From a virus (taxonomy: Duplodnaviria; Heunggongvirae; Uroviricota; Caudoviricetes): a stretch of DNA of 64,000 nucleotides. Made by a program: the position numbers and the translations under genes. The notes beneath the pieces were generated by a model. That model worked only from the letters and a program-made list of their open reading frames with translations. It was not told the DNA's origin and ran no database searches. The stretch spans positions 40,203-104,202 of the IMG/VR virus record IMGVR_UViG_3300013121_000035; one strand, given 5' to 3'. Shown in pieces: positions 1 to 10,516 of the stretch (its first letter is position 1; the number at the start of each line of letters is the position of its first letter).

Positions 1-2172
1 CGAGAAGAACAACAAGCCCAACAGCGGCTCGGGCAACGGTCCTACTTCGGCGGGGGTGGGCAGCTCACTTTCCAAGAAATCCAAGATGGCATGAACGCCC
101 TCGGCCAGACCGCAGCCAGCCAGGCCGACAAGTGGTACCTGCTCCGCAAAGCCATCGAAGACGCCTCCTCCGCCGCAGAGCAGGGTGCGATGGCGTTCCC
201 GCGTGGCGGCTTCCGCCAGTTCGCCGACGACCAAGTGAAACTGCTCAACGAGCAGGTCATCCCCGACGCGCTCTCCGCGTCTGGAACCAAGATGACCGCC
301 GACGAGCTCAAGAAGAACCCGGCGTTCCAGCGCCGCCAGGCAGCCACGCAGGTGTGGTTTGCCGACTACCTGCGTACGCGGCAAGACCCCAACGCGCCGG
401 TCAGCAAAGCGGACTACCAGAAGCTCGCCGACCGCACTGCCGAGGACGTCGCCAAGACGGTCGGTGGTGACACGAAGAACCTCCGCCGGCTCATCCTCGC
501 CGGCGCTGGGACCAAATTCCGCGAGGTCATCCAGCAACAGGGTCTTGACCCGCAGGCACGCGCCTACGCCGTCCAGCAGGGCATCGCCGCGCTCGGCGAT
601 GTGCAACAACGCGAGACGCTTCGCGCTGGCGGCGATCAGATGGTCGGCGCGCGCGCCCGCCTCGGCGAGGCGCGCTACCTCGCAGACCTCGCCCGCCAAC
701 GCCGGTCCGAAGCGGAGCGCACCGGCAAGAGTGCTGATGAGATCCGCGACGCCGAGATCGACATCCTCGCCGCCGATGACGCCGTCTTGGAATCCGCACA
801 GGCCGTCCGTGACGCCGAGCAGCGCCGAGCTGACGCTGAGCTGGAATACCAGCAGTCCCGACTCACTACCGATGACACCCTCGGACGCATCCGCCTGCAA
901 CAAGCCGCGCTGTGGGAGAAATGGTCCAAGACGACCGATCCTGACGAGCGCAAGCGCATCGAAGCGCAGCTCAACCAGCTCGGCCAGCAGTTCATGACCG
1001 AGGCGGCCGCCACCCAGCAGGCACAGCGGCTCAGCACCGTTGACCCACGCGACCGGCTCGGCACCGCGCAGGAAGAACTGCGTGGGATGCAAAACCGGCT
1101 CAGTCTCATGTCCAACACCACCAAGGAGTACTACGAGCTGCAACGCCAAATCTGGGCGAAAGAACAAGAAATCGCCCAGATGCAAGCTGAAGGGATCAGC
1201 GCCCGCGAACGCGCCGCGATCGACCCCCGTGACACCGTCCGCAACGCCGAGCAGGACCTCACCGACGCGCGACGCGCGCGTGACCGCACCCTGCACTACG
1301 ACCGGCAGGGCAATGTCACCCCCGAGTACGCAGCCGCTGACCGTCAAGTCCGTGAAGATGAAATCGCGGTGTCCAGGGCGCGAGTCGAACGCGCCAATCG
1401 CATCGAGGCCGCCACCGTGCCCCTCGGTGACACCGTCGGGCAGGCCGCCGCCGCCCTCAATGCCGCCAAACGCAACCTCACCCTCGCCAAGGGCGACCCG
1501 GCCGACTGGGCAGAAGCGGTCCACGCTGTCCAGCAGGCCCAGCTGGACTACTCCAACGCTGTCGTCGACGCGACCCACCAGCGGATGCTGCGCACGATCG
1601 ACATCACTGACCCCGTGGCGATGGCGCGAGAGGACTTGCGCACGGCACGCAGTCGGCTGCGTGCCGCCCAGCGCGCCGGTGTCGGTGGGGAAGCCCTTGA
1701 CCAGCTCCGCAATGACGTGCGCTCCCGCGAAGCCGCCCAGGAGCAGGCCGCGTTCCAGCAGCGTTTCCAGGACGCCCAGACCAACGAGCAGCTTGGTCGC
1801 ATCTCCCACGCGGCCTACCTGCGCTACCTGCACAACGAACACGACCGGCTGACCGCCATCCGCCACCGCACCCGCCAGCAGCAAGACGAACTCAACCAGA
1901 TCGACCAGGCGCTGCAGGCCGCGTCGGAGCAGATGCAGGGCCAGTGGAACATCGGCGACATCAGGGTGCCGACCATCTACGAGGTCCGCCGTTCGATGGC
2001 CGCCCAGGCCCGCGGTCAGAACTACGCCGACAACTCCGTCCGCAACGTCGAGATCCACATCAACGGCGACTCCATCGCCCGCATCAAGGCTGCGGTCCTG
2101 GAAGCCGTCGGCCAGCAAGTCAAGACAGGACGAGCCGCCAACGCCGGCACGTCACGCAAGGGGGGACGATAG
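1..2172 (+). CDS. tail tape measure protein (5' partial, open to window start)
   Basis: ORF is open from base 1 with no in-frame stop before the annotated ATG at 91. Long Ala/Gln/Arg/Glu-rich coiled-coil protein sits immediately upstream of tail-tip genes. Stop TAG at 2170-2172 abuts the ATG of the next gene. Confidence 0.7.
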   Translation, partial: REEQQAQQRLGQRSYFGGGGQLTFQEIQDGMNALGQTAASQADKWYLLRKAIEDASSAAEQGAMAFPRGGFRQFADDQVKLLNEQVIPDALSASGTKMTADELKKNPAFQRRQAATQVWFADYLRTRQDPNAPVSKADYQKLADRTAEDVAKTVGGDTKNLRRLILAGAGTKFREVIQQQGLDPQARAYAVQQGIAALGDVQQRETLRAGGDQMVGARARLGEARYLADLARQRRSEAERTGKSADEIRDAEIDILAADDAVLESAQAVRDAEQRRADAELEYQQSRLTTDDTLGRIRLQQAALWEKWSKTTDPDERKRIEAQLNQLGQQFMTEAAATQQAQRLSTVDPRDRLGTAQEELRGMQNRLSLMSNTTKEYYELQRQIWAKEQEIAQMQAEGISARERAAIDPRDTVRNAEQDLTDARRARDRTLHYDRQGNVTPEYAAADRQVREDEIAVSRARVERANRIEAATVPLGDTVGQAAAALNAAKRNLTLAKGDPADWAEAVHAVQQAQLDYSNAVVDATHQRMLRTIDITDPVAMAREDLRTARSRLRAAQRAGVGGEALDQLRNDVRSREAAQEQAAFQQRFQDAQTNEQLGRISHAAYLRYLHNEHDRLTAIRHRTRQQQDELNQIDQALQAASEQMQGQWNIGDIRVPTIYEVRRSMAAQARGQNYADNSVRNVEIHINGDSIARIKAAVLEAVGQQVKTGRAANAGTSRKGGR

Positions 2173-2595
2173 ATGGCCGGTCAGCACCTGCTGCGCTGGA
2201 AATTCACCGACCCCCACGCCGGCGCCGACCCCAGCGAATACGTCTTCGCGGTCAACCCCAAGCGCATGACCAGCCCCTACCGGGCCAAGACCATCACCTA
2301 CGCCGTCACCACCGCCCAAGACGGCAAGGCGCTGGCCACCGAAGGGATGACCCCACCCAAGGAGTGGCAGTTCGGCGGCACCAGCCTCACCGAAGACCAG
2401 CTCAAAGCGTTCGAGACCTGGCTGGCCAAGCGCACCAGGATCTACGTCTACGACCACTACGGCCGCCGGTACGAGGTCTACCTCAAAGAGCTCGACAGCG
2501 CCCCCCACGAAGGGCGCACCAACCCGACCTACCCGTTCCGCCATGAGTGGACCTGGACGGCGGTGCTGTTCGGCAACCCGGTGTGGCCCGCATGA
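2173..2595 (+). CDS. minor tail protein (small, distal-tail candidate)
   Basis: 140-aa ORF directly after the tape measure gene. Its stop overlaps the next start as ATGA (2592-2595). High GC3. Confidence 0.55.
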   Translation: MAGQHLLRWKFTDPHAGADPSEYVFAVNPKRMTSPYRAKTITYAVTTAQDGKALATEGMTPPKEWQFGGTSLTEDQLKAFETWLAKRTRIYVYDHYGRRYEVYLKELDSAPHEGRTNPTYPFRHEWTWTAVLFGNPVWPA

Positions 2596-4742
2596 AGCAC
2601 GACCCGACCGCGTCGATGGCCGCCGCCAGGACCTGGGCCATCTGGAAATCAGGCAACTTCGTCGGCGACCAGGCGCCCCGCGGCCGCGTTACCGTGCAGG
2701 TCCCCGCCATCCGGCGCAGCCTCACCAAGAAAGGCCGCTTCGCCACGCTGTGGTTCAACCAGACCCACACCCCGATGGAGCTGCCCAACGTCAAGTCGAT
2801 CGAGTGGAGCCGCTCGGTCGACCAGGACGCCGCCGACTGCACCGTCGAGCTGTACAACACCGCCCCGCTGGACATGACCGGCCCCTCACCCGACACCGGC
2901 GACCCGGTCTTCGCCGACCTCGGCGACTTCGATGTGCGCGGTGCGTACACGTTCAACCGCGGAGAGCGCAACACCCTCGCGCACTGGTTCTACGACACCA
3001 ACCAGTGGCACCACGTCCTGGTGCCCAACCGGGTCTTGCGCACCTACCAAGGCTACGGCGCCAACCCCGAGCTCATCCCCGAAGACGACCCCAACCTGGA
3101 GCTCACCGGCACGTGGCTCATCGACGAGGTCAACTACGACTCCGGCGGGACGATCCGGCTCACCTGCCGCGACTTCGCCAAGGCCCTGCTGGAGCAGATC
3201 TACTTCCCGCCCGTCATCCCGTTGAGCATGTACCCGCTGCGCTGGGAGGCGTACAAGCGGGTCGGCGCCAAGCCCCCCGGGCCGCCCAGCACCCGCTACG
3301 CCACCGTCAAGACCCGCTGGCGTGGCGACTCCAACACCCCTTGGGTCGGGGCCGGCAACCCGCTGTTTGGCCACCGTGGCCGTGACGCGTTCGACGCCAA
3401 CCCCGCCACCTACTGGTTGAGTGTCGGCAACGCCACCCCGCGCGCGGACTACGCCTATGAGTGGGTCGAAGGCTCCGTTGCCAACGCCACCATCCACGGT
3501 GTGCGCTTCACGCCGTGGATGGGCAACTACGTCGTGTACGTCAGCGTGTACGCCAACGGTGCCTGGCAGGGCAGCAACACCGTCCCCTACAACCCCGACG
3601 CCGCTCCCGCCGCGCCCAACGGCGCCAACATCCACTACGTGAAGAAGACCACCTGCGGGACGGGGGAGACCACCATCTACCTCGGCCGTGACTACCACAA
3701 CGTCACCCGGGTGCGGCTCACCTTCCACAACCTCGCCTACTCCCACCTGCCGCCCTACCAGTACCGCGCTGGCGTGCGCTCCATGACCGCGATCAAGATC
3801 GCCGGGCACACCCGCACCCCAGCCAAGCCCGGCAAGCTCATTGGTAATTATTCCGACTATACGGACATCGTGAAGTGGATCTGCGCGACCGCCGGGTTCT
3901 ACTGGCCCGCCCGGCAGCTCGACGGGTCCGGGTCGGCGACCGTGCGCCACACCGACGGCAGCGATCAGCTGTACGGGTTCGCCCACCACGACCCGGTCCT
4001 TGGCACCGGCCGCGCGTGGGGTGACTTCGAGAACACCGGCACCAGCGGCGTCGCTGACCTGTCCGCCCAGAGCTTCGACAAGCAGCCGCTGATGAGCGTC
4101 ATCAGCCACATCCGCGACATCGTCAGCTTCATCTTCTACGTCACCGAAGACGGCGCCGCGGTGTGGCGTGCGCCGAACATCTGGCAGCTGGGGAACTGGC
4201 GGCGCCCGGTCGGCAACCAGACCGCCCGCACCAGCTACATCCCCGTCATCGACGAGCAGCAGCAGCTGCGCCAGATCACCGTGAACCTGTCCGACCACAA
4301 CCAGCGGTCGAAGTTCTTCGTCGGTGACGTCACCGGCAAGATCGGCGCGACCGCCGACGGGCACGAGCAGTTCCCCATCGGCCTGGAACGCGTCGGCGGG
4401 TGGACCGACCAGCACTTCGAGAAGCGCGCCGAAGCCCAGATCATGGCCGACCTGATCGCGCTGCGGACCTACTTCACCTGGCGCACCACCTCGGTCGTCA
4501 TCCCCGGCAACCCCTACCTGCAGCCAGACGACCAGGTCCGCCTGGTCGACCGCGGTGTCGGCGAAGCGTTCGTCCACTACGTCAAGTCGATCCGCTCGAC
4601 CTGGGACGCCGAGTCGGGGGAGTGGACCATGACGTTGGACACCCACTGGCTCGGCGAGCAGCCGTTCAAGCGGTGGGCGGTGGACCCCGCGATGCTGTCG
4701 CGCGACACCAAGATGTTCCTGGCCGCGCTGGGCAAGCTGTGA
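2592..4742 (+). CDS. large minor tail protein (tail-tip / Tal-like)
   Basis: 716-aa ORF starting at ATG 2592 (MKHDPTAS) in the same frame as track ORF 2547..4742. Its position after the tape measure protein and small tail protein supports a tail-tip role. The antisense 626-aa ORF is rejected. Confidence 0.6.
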   Translation: MKHDPTASMAAARTWAIWKSGNFVGDQAPRGRVTVQVPAIRRSLTKKGRFATLWFNQTHTPMELPNVKSIEWSRSVDQDAADCTVELYNTAPLDMTGPSPDTGDPVFADLGDFDVRGAYTFNRGERNTLAHWFYDTNQWHHVLVPNRVLRTYQGYGANPELIPEDDPNLELTGTWLIDEVNYDSGGTIRLTCRDFAKALLEQIYFPPVIPLSMYPLRWEAYKRVGAKPPGPPSTRYATVKTRWRGDSNTPWVGAGNPLFGHRGRDAFDANPATYWLSVGNATPRADYAYEWVEGSVANATIHGVRFTPWMGNYVVYVSVYANGAWQGSNTVPYNPDAAPAAPNGANIHYVKKTTCGTGETTIYLGRDYHNVTRVRLTFHNLAYSHLPPYQYRAGVRSMTAIKIAGHTRTPAKPGKLIGNYSDYTDIVKWICATAGFYWPARQLDGSGSATVRHTDGSDQLYGFAHHDPVLGTGRAWGDFENTGTSGVADLSAQSFDKQPLMSVISHIRDIVSFIFYVTEDGAAVWRAPNIWQLGNWRRPVGNQTARTSYIPVIDEQQQLRQITVNLSDHNQRSKFFVGDVTGKIGATADGHEQFPIGLERVGGWTDQHFEKRAEAQIMADLIALRTYFTWRTTSVVIPGNPYLQPDDQVRLVDRGVGEAFVHYVKSIRSTWDAESGEWTMTLDTHWLGEQPFKRWAVDPAMLSRDTKMFLAALGKL

Positions 4743-4767
4743 GGAGGCCCAGGTTGAGGAGGTCACG

Positions 4768-5175
4768 GTGAGCGTCTACATCCAGCTGGAACGCAACCGC
4801 GCCGACCTGGAAGCCAACGCCGAGAACCAGGCCCGCACCGCCCGTGTGCTGCTGGACTACGAGTCCGCCGGACACGGCGAGATCGCCCTGGCCGACCCGG
4901 TCGGCTTCGACGTCACCTTCCTGGAAGAACCACGCGTGGTAACGGGCGTTGTCCTCGCATCCGGGCAGCTGCTCGCAGGGAAGTTCCCCCAGGTCACCGC
5001 CGGGGTGCACCGCTGGGTCCGCGACGCCCGCGGGCTGTGGACCGGCGCGTACCTGTTCTTCGTCGTCGACGCCAGCAACCAGCCCTACCGGCTGCGCCAC
5101 CACCTCACGTTCGAGGGGGTGGCGATCAAGCTCGCCGACGCCCAGTTCCTCGCCGAGATCGAGGTCGGCGGATGA
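4768..5175 (+). CDS. hypothetical tail-module protein
   Basis: 135-aa ORF preceded by GAGGAGG. Its stop overlaps the next ATG (ATGA at 5172-5175). Confidence 0.5.
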   Translation: MSVYIQLERNRADLEANAENQARTARVLLDYESAGHGEIALADPVGFDVTFLEEPRVVTGVVLASGQLLAGKFPQVTAGVHRWVRDARGLWTGAYLFFVVDASNQPYRLRHHLTFEGVAIKLADAQFLAEIEVGG

Positions 5176-6548
5176 GCAACCGCCTGGCCCGCGGCGGCCA
5201 CGCCGTCCGCCAGCACGGCAAACGGGTCGCGCTGGCCCCGCGGCCCAACGCCAACCCGCGCCGGCCGCCACCCGACACCAGCGCCCGCGTCTGGTTCTGG
5301 GGCGGCTACAACGACGTCGAATACCCCGAACGCGACTTCGGGGTGTGGGAGTACCTCACCGTCGCCAACCGCTTCCGCCAGCTGTACGCACCCAGCGTCG
5401 ACCGGGTCAAAGTCCACGGGGTGTGGCGCACCCCCGCCTGGACCGACCCCGACCAGGTCGTGTGCACCGGCACGCTCACCGACACCGACGGGTACACCAT
5501 CGGCACGTTCGGGGAGATGGTCACCTGGAAGACCTACCAGCCGTATGGGTACAGCACCCCGCAGCAGCAGCGGATCGCCTCCAACCCACTGCTGGTCCTC
5601 ACCGGCCTCGGCCGCCACTTCTTCATCTACGGCGGCCCACCCGCCGACTTCGGCGACCCCACCAACTACGGCAGCACCTGGTACCTGACCGACAACGCCT
5701 ACATCTACCCCGAGGTGTGGTGCCAGCTGCCCGACAGGTCGATCGCTGCGGTCTTCCGCTACGAAGACCGCGAGGTCAAGTTCCCCTGGGGCTGGGCGGA
5801 GTACCCACAGAACGTCCCCCGCGGCCGCTGGTACCTGCACCACTGGGACCGTTTCGGCCGGGAGCTGTCCAGGTTCCTGCTTGCGACCAAGTGGGGCGGT
5901 GGCGGCAACCTGTTCGACACCATCGCCCCATCCCCGGACGGCCAAGCTGTGCTGCTGCGCAACTGGCTGCGGGAAGACTGGAACCCGATGGACATCCTGC
6001 GGGTCGACTTCGACGGCACCTACACCCGCTACATCATCCAACCCCCAGCCGGGTTCTACTGGGAGATCCCCAGCTACAGCCGGATCATCCCGCTGGACGG
6101 CAAGGTCTACTGCGACCGCGCGATCGGCTACGGCGCCCGGGTGCTCAGCGTCTACGACGACCAGACCGCCGAGCTGCTGTGGGAACGCACCCTGGACTAC
6201 TTCGGCAGCAAGCTGTGCGTCACCGCACCCGGCACGGTCGGCCGCCAGCAGATCCCCCCCTACCTGCTCCAATCCGGCCAGACCAGCTACGGGTTCTGGG
6301 CGCAAACCTGGTGGGAGCTGCTGGACCACGACCCGTGGCAGCGCGTCGCTCACACCCTGCAAGACACCGAATGGTGGCGCATCGAGTACACCGGGGTCTT
6401 CAACCCCATCACCAAGAGCTACCCCAGCGAAGTCGACATCATCCGCTACGACCCACCCGACGCCCCACCCGTGGTCGAGCCGCGCCGCAACGACCTGAAC
6501 GGCGGCCGCCACCACCAGCGCGTCGAGTTCACCCCGATCACCAGCTAG
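5172..6548 (+). CDS. minor tail protein
   Basis: ATG at 5172 (MSNRLARGG) in the frame of track ORF 5037..6548. About 458 aa, rich in W/Y/G, with high GC3. Confidence 0.55.
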   Translation: MSNRLARGGHAVRQHGKRVALAPRPNANPRRPPPDTSARVWFWGGYNDVEYPERDFGVWEYLTVANRFRQLYAPSVDRVKVHGVWRTPAWTDPDQVVCTGTLTDTDGYTIGTFGEMVTWKTYQPYGYSTPQQQRIASNPLLVLTGLGRHFFIYGGPPADFGDPTNYGSTWYLTDNAYIYPEVWCQLPDRSIAAVFRYEDREVKFPWGWAEYPQNVPRGRWYLHHWDRFGRELSRFLLATKWGGGGNLFDTIAPSPDGQAVLLRNWLREDWNPMDILRVDFDGTYTRYIIQPPAGFYWEIPSYSRIIPLDGKVYCDRAIGYGARVLSVYDDQTAELLWERTLDYFGSKLCVTAPGTVGRQQIPPYLLQSGQTSYGFWAQTWWELLDHDPWQRVAHTLQDTEWWRIEYTGVFNPITKSYPSEVDIIRYDPPDAPPVVEPRRNDLNGGRHHQRVEFTPITS

Positions 6549-6583
6549 TCCAATCCTGGCCCGCGCAGGCCGATCTTGCAGGC

Positions 6584-8977
6584 GTGACCGAGACACAACG
6601 CTACGGGCTGAAGAAGTTCGGCGGGGCACTGGGTGGTGACCTGTCCGCCGACGGCTACCAGTTCTCCACCCGCGACCGCGACGTCATCGACGCGCTCCTG
6701 GCCGCGCTGGAGGGCCACCGCCACCTGTCCAGCGACCCCGACCGCCTCGCCGACCCGGCCAGCGCCCCCAGCGTCGCGCTGGTCAGCGACGTCCCCGCCC
6801 GCCAGACCACCCACGCCTACTCCCTCGGCGACCAGATCCACCCCGACCCGGCCAACGGGCACATCTACCGTGCCATCCAAGCCGGCACCAGCGCCGGCGG
6901 CGCGGTCGGCTGGACCACCAGCAGCGGCGACCAGATCACCGACGGCACCGTCATCTGGCAAGAAGTCGGCGCGCTGCCCACCACCGGCGACCTGCCCGCC
7001 GGGATCACCTTCGGCTACCGGGTCAGCTACCTGGACACCTACGGGCTGGAAACCGCCGCCAGCGACGAGGCGACCGTCACCACCCCCGACCCGATCCAAG
7101 ACCCCGACCCGCCAGCCGCCACCGCCTACGGTGGGGAAGCGTTCGAGGACGGCCTGTACTACTACGCCATCACCTTCACCGAAGGCGTCGACCCCTCCAT
7201 CCAAGAGACCGCCGTCAGCCAAGCCACCCAAGTCACTCTCGGCTCGGGCGCTAACCAGGTCGAACTGCTCCTGCCACCCCTGCCGGAGCGGGCCAGCGGC
7301 TATCGCATCTACCGGATGATCCCCGGCGAAGCCGACCTGTCCCTGATCGCCACCATCGCCCCCTGGCAGCCCAACACCACCTACACCGTCGGCGACGTCG
7401 TGGTGCCCACCAGCCCCAACGACCACATCTACCGGGTCAGCGCCATCACCAGCTCGGGGTCCACCGGCGGCAGCGAACCGACCTGGCCGACCGACGCTGG
7501 CGACACCGTGGTCAACAACCAGGTCACCTTCACCGCCGTCGCCGGGTTCATCGACGACGGGCTGGCGTCCTCTACCATCAACGCGCCGTACGACAACACC
7601 ACCGGGGCGACCGCCGCGGTCGTCATCACCCCACCGCTGGTCGACGGTGCGCTGCCAACGGGCGTCACCGCGTGGCGGATCTACCGCGGCGACCCCGACT
7701 ACGGCGACCAGAGCCTGGTCCACCAGGTCGTGGAAACCGTCACCGAAGACGGCAGCGACCTGGTCACCAGCTGGATCGACGACGGTGACGTCCTCACCGA
7801 CGGCACCCCACCCGAGGTCTCAGCCGCGTTCACCCCACCCGGTCCCGCCGAAGCCCGCGCGGTCCACTACGAAGGCGCCGACCTGCCCACCGAAGGCTCC
7901 TACAACGTCGGTGACCAGTTCCACCGCACGTCCGACCACACCCTGTGGTTGCGCTCAGGCAGCGACTGGTACCAGGTCCAAGCCGCCGGGGTCGCGACCG
8001 GCACCAGCCTGCCCGGCAGCGGCGCCGAAGGGCAGCTGTACTTCCGCACCGGCGACGCCACCTTGTGGCTGTGGCGCACCGCGACCGGCTGGGTCCAGGT
8101 CGAAGACCCCACCATCACCAACGCCTCCAGCCTGCCCGGCGGCTCCCAGACCGCCGGGAGCATCTTCTGCCGCACGACCGACAACACCATCTGGGCCTAC
8201 CTGTCCGGCGCGTGGCGGCCGATCGCCACCGGCGCGATCGTGCTCGCCACCGGGTTCCCCGGCAGCCCCGCCGAAGGCACCACGTTCTTCCGCTCAACCG
8301 ACAACACCATGTGGGTGTACGCCAGCAGCGACTGGCGCGAAGTCGGCGCGACCGGCGGCGCGACCGGCCACTACGTCGGCACCGACCTGCCCGACCCCAC
8401 CGGCCTGGACGACGGGGTGCAGTTCTTCGACACCGGCACGCTCACCCTGCACGTCCTGGTCAGCGGGGTTTGGCAGTTGGTCGGCGGCGCCGACGTCCTG
8501 GACGACCTCGCCGACGTGTCCGCGGCCAGCCCCGACGACGGCGACGTGCTCACCTTCGACGACGACCTCGGCGCCTGGACCGCCAAGCCGCCCGTTCACC
8601 CGGCACGCACCGTGGCGACCTACACCACCGCGTCGCTGGACCAAGACGACGACGAGACCGGCACGATCACGATGGCCCTGTCGTGGCGGCTGCTGCGCGT
8701 GGAAACCGACTACCCCGCGCGGGTCCGGCTGTACTCCACCGCCGCCAAACGCGACGCCGACCGCGCCCGCGCCGCCGGGATCGACCCGACCGGCGACCAC
8801 GGCGTCATGGCTGAGGTCGTCACCGACGGGGGAATGCTCAGCCTGGACATGAGCCCCCAAGCCGACGGGTCCAACCTCGAAGGCAGCCCCACCGCCGATA
8901 TCCCCATCACTGTCGCCAACCTGGACACTGTCAGCCGTGCGGTGACCGTCACCTGCACCTACCTGCCCACGGAGTAG
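6584..8977 (+). CDS. tail fiber-like protein with five tandem ~41-aa repeats
   Basis: GTG 6584 is the first start after the previous stop (TAG 6546-6548) in the frame of the artefactual 1342-aa ORF 4949..8977. The protein is Gly/Thr-rich with repeats of the form G..LPG...G..FFRT.D.T.W (7870-8480). Confidence 0.55.
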   Translation: MTETQRYGLKKFGGALGGDLSADGYQFSTRDRDVIDALLAALEGHRHLSSDPDRLADPASAPSVALVSDVPARQTTHAYSLGDQIHPDPANGHIYRAIQAGTSAGGAVGWTTSSGDQITDGTVIWQEVGALPTTGDLPAGITFGYRVSYLDTYGLETAASDEATVTTPDPIQDPDPPAATAYGGEAFEDGLYYYAITFTEGVDPSIQETAVSQATQVTLGSGANQVELLLPPLPERASGYRIYRMIPGEADLSLIATIAPWQPNTTYTVGDVVVPTSPNDHIYRVSAITSSGSTGGSEPTWPTDAGDTVVNNQVTFTAVAGFIDDGLASSTINAPYDNTTGATAAVVITPPLVDGALPTGVTAWRIYRGDPDYGDQSLVHQVVETVTEDGSDLVTSWIDDGDVLTDGTPPEVSAAFTPPGPAEARAVHYEGADLPTEGSYNVGDQFHRTSDHTLWLRSGSDWYQVQAAGVATGTSLPGSGAEGQLYFRTGDATLWLWRTATGWVQVEDPTITNASSLPGGSQTAGSIFCRTTDNTIWAYLSGAWRPIATGAIVLATGFPGSPAEGTTFFRSTDNTMWVYASSDWREVGATGGATGHYVGTDLPDPTGLDDGVQFFDTGTLTLHVLVSGVWQLVGGADVLDDLADVSAASPDDGDVLTFDDDLGAWTAKPPVHPARTVATYTTASLDQDDDETGTITMALSWRLLRVETDYPARVRLYSTAAKRDADRARAAGIDPTGDHGVMAEVVTDGGMLSLDMSPQADGSNLEGSPTADIPITVANLDTVSRAVTVTCTYLPTE
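7870..8480 (+). repeat. five tandem ~123-nt (41-aa) coding repeats inside tail fiber-like gene
   Basis: Repeats share G..LPG....G..(F/Y)FRT.D.T(L/I/M)W...S/T..W..V. Examples: LPGSGAEGQLYFRTGDATLWLW, LPGGSQTAGSIFCRTTDNTIWAY, FPGSPAEGTTFFRSTDNTMWVY. Confidence 0.6.
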
Positions 8978-8979
8978 CT

Positions 8980-9858
8980 GTGGCGACGACCGCGACCGGC
9001 CTGGTCTACAACCAGACCAATGACACCGAGTTCCGCGCTTGGGGCTCGGCGGTCAGCGCCGCGATCGCCACCGCCGGGTTCACCCAGACCGCTGACACCG
9101 GCCAGGTCGACTGGTCCACCGTTACCCGGCCATCCGCAGGGACCACTCCGCACTACGAGATCTGGGCGTTCGCCGACACCCTGCAGGCGACCCGGCCGGT
9201 CATGATGAAGGTGAGCTACGGGTCAGGCAGCAGCGCCACCCGCCCCTGGATGAGTGTCGAGCTCGCTCGCGCCACCGACGGTGCCGGTACGCTCACCGGC
9301 ACCACCACCGGGCCGCTGGTCTCCAGCTACGCCGACTTCAGCCCAGCCACCGACACCATCACCAGCTACATCGCCGGTGGCGGCAACTGGCTCACCATGT
9401 GCCTGTGGCCGGGCGGGTCCACCGGCGGCGGGACCGGATCAGCGCTGGTGCTCGTCATCGACCGCACCCGTGATGGGACCGGCGCCGCGACCGGCGACGG
9501 CGTCCTGCTCGCCGGCGGCCCGATGGTCACCAGCGGCTACTGCTCCCAGTACGTTCTGCCGCTGTGGTCCACCGGCGCGGCCATCGCGCTCAGCTACCCG
9601 CCGTGCTACGTCGGCAGCCCCACCACCGCCACCCAAGGGCTCGACGTGTCCTTCTTCCCCTGGACCCCGGTCACCCCCAAGCTGCACCCGCCGATCCTGG
9701 CCTGCTTCAGCTACTGGAACGCCGACATCTCTCGCAACACCGACGTCACGTTCACCGTCAGCGGCACCAGCCACACCTACAAGACGCTCGGCAACTGGGG
9801 GAACTGGGCATCAGCCAATCAGCAAAACGGTGCCAGCCTCGCGATCCGGTACGAGTAG
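8980..9858 (+). CDS. hypothetical tail/structural protein
   Basis: 292-aa ORF with a GTG start 2 nt after the previous stop. Gly/Thr/Ser-rich, with high GC3. Confidence 0.5.
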   Translation: MATTATGLVYNQTNDTEFRAWGSAVSAAIATAGFTQTADTGQVDWSTVTRPSAGTTPHYEIWAFADTLQATRPVMMKVSYGSGSSATRPWMSVELARATDGAGTLTGTTTGPLVSSYADFSPATDTITSYIAGGGNWLTMCLWPGGSTGGGTGSALVLVIDRTRDGTGAATGDGVLLAGGPMVTSGYCSQYVLPLWSTGAAIALSYPPCYVGSPTTATQGLDVSFFPWTPVTPKLHPPILACFSYWNADISRNTDVTFTVSGTSHTYKTLGNWGNWASANQQNGASLAIRYE

Positions 9859-9860
9859 CC

Positions 9861-10505
9861 ATGCCCTACGTCACCATCACCCGCGGTAGCTACACCGTCC
9901 GCAAGCACGCCTCGACCACCGCAACGCCCGTTGTGGTCGGCGGTGGCCCCGGCATACCCGTCGCGCTGGACAAAGGCCAGCTGTGGCCGCCGACGATCCG
10001 CCGGCCCGTCCACGGCGCCGGCCCCGACCTGCCTGACCCCGGCGACTACATCAACGGCGACCAGTACTTCAGGACGTCCGATAACAACCTATTTGTCCTG
10101 GTTGATGGCGAATGGGTCCAGCCGGGCATCCCCGAGCTGCCGCTCATGCTCGCCGTGGAAGGTACCCTGGCCGTCGAGAGCGGCGTCATCGCCGTCTACG
10201 CCCCCTACTCCGGGGTGCTCACCCGCGCGCACGCCGCCGTGTGGACCCCACCCGTCGGCGCCGACATCGTCCTGGACGTCAACCGCAACGGCACGTCGAT
10301 CTTCACCGACGCTGACGACCGCCTGGTCATCCCCGACGGGCTGTACACCACCGACTATGTCGTGCTCGCCGGCAACCCCGACATCACCACCGAGGTCACC
10401 GCCGGGGACTACTTCAGTGTCGACGTCGACCAGATCGGCTCGGGCACCGAAGGTGCGAACCTGACCGTCCAGCTGCTGTTCGCGTTCACCAGCGTGCCGA
10501 GCTAA
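9861..10505 (+). CDS. hypothetical tail protein carrying one copy of the fiber repeat motif
   Basis: ATG at 9861 (MPYVTITRG) within track ORF 9564..10505. Contains LPDPGDYINGDQYFRTSDNNLFVLVDGEWVQ, which matches the repeat unit of the 6584..8977 protein. Confidence 0.5.
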   Translation: MPYVTITRGSYTVRKHASTTATPVVVGGGPGIPVALDKGQLWPPTIRRPVHGAGPDLPDPGDYINGDQYFRTSDNNLFVLVDGEWVQPGIPELPLMLAVEGTLAVESGVIAVYAPYSGVLTRAHAAVWTPPVGADIVLDVNRNGTSIFTDADDRLVIPDGLYTTDYVVLAGNPDITTEVTAGDYFSVDVDQIGSGTEGANLTVQLLFAFTSVPS

Positions 10506-10516
10506 GCCGGTGTGCC

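Noticed and set aside
2886-4766. 626-aa minus-strand ORF antisense to the large tail gene
   Set aside because: Gly/Val/Asp-rich low-complexity translation, antisense to a gene with clear GC3 periodicity. Typical shadow ORF of high-GC DNA.
4949-8977. 1342-aa ORF spanning three tail genes
   Set aside because: Artefact of high GC. It overlaps two well-supported genes in other frames. The real gene in this frame starts after the stop at 6548 (GTG 6584), and the upstream part is low-complexity Arg/Pro.
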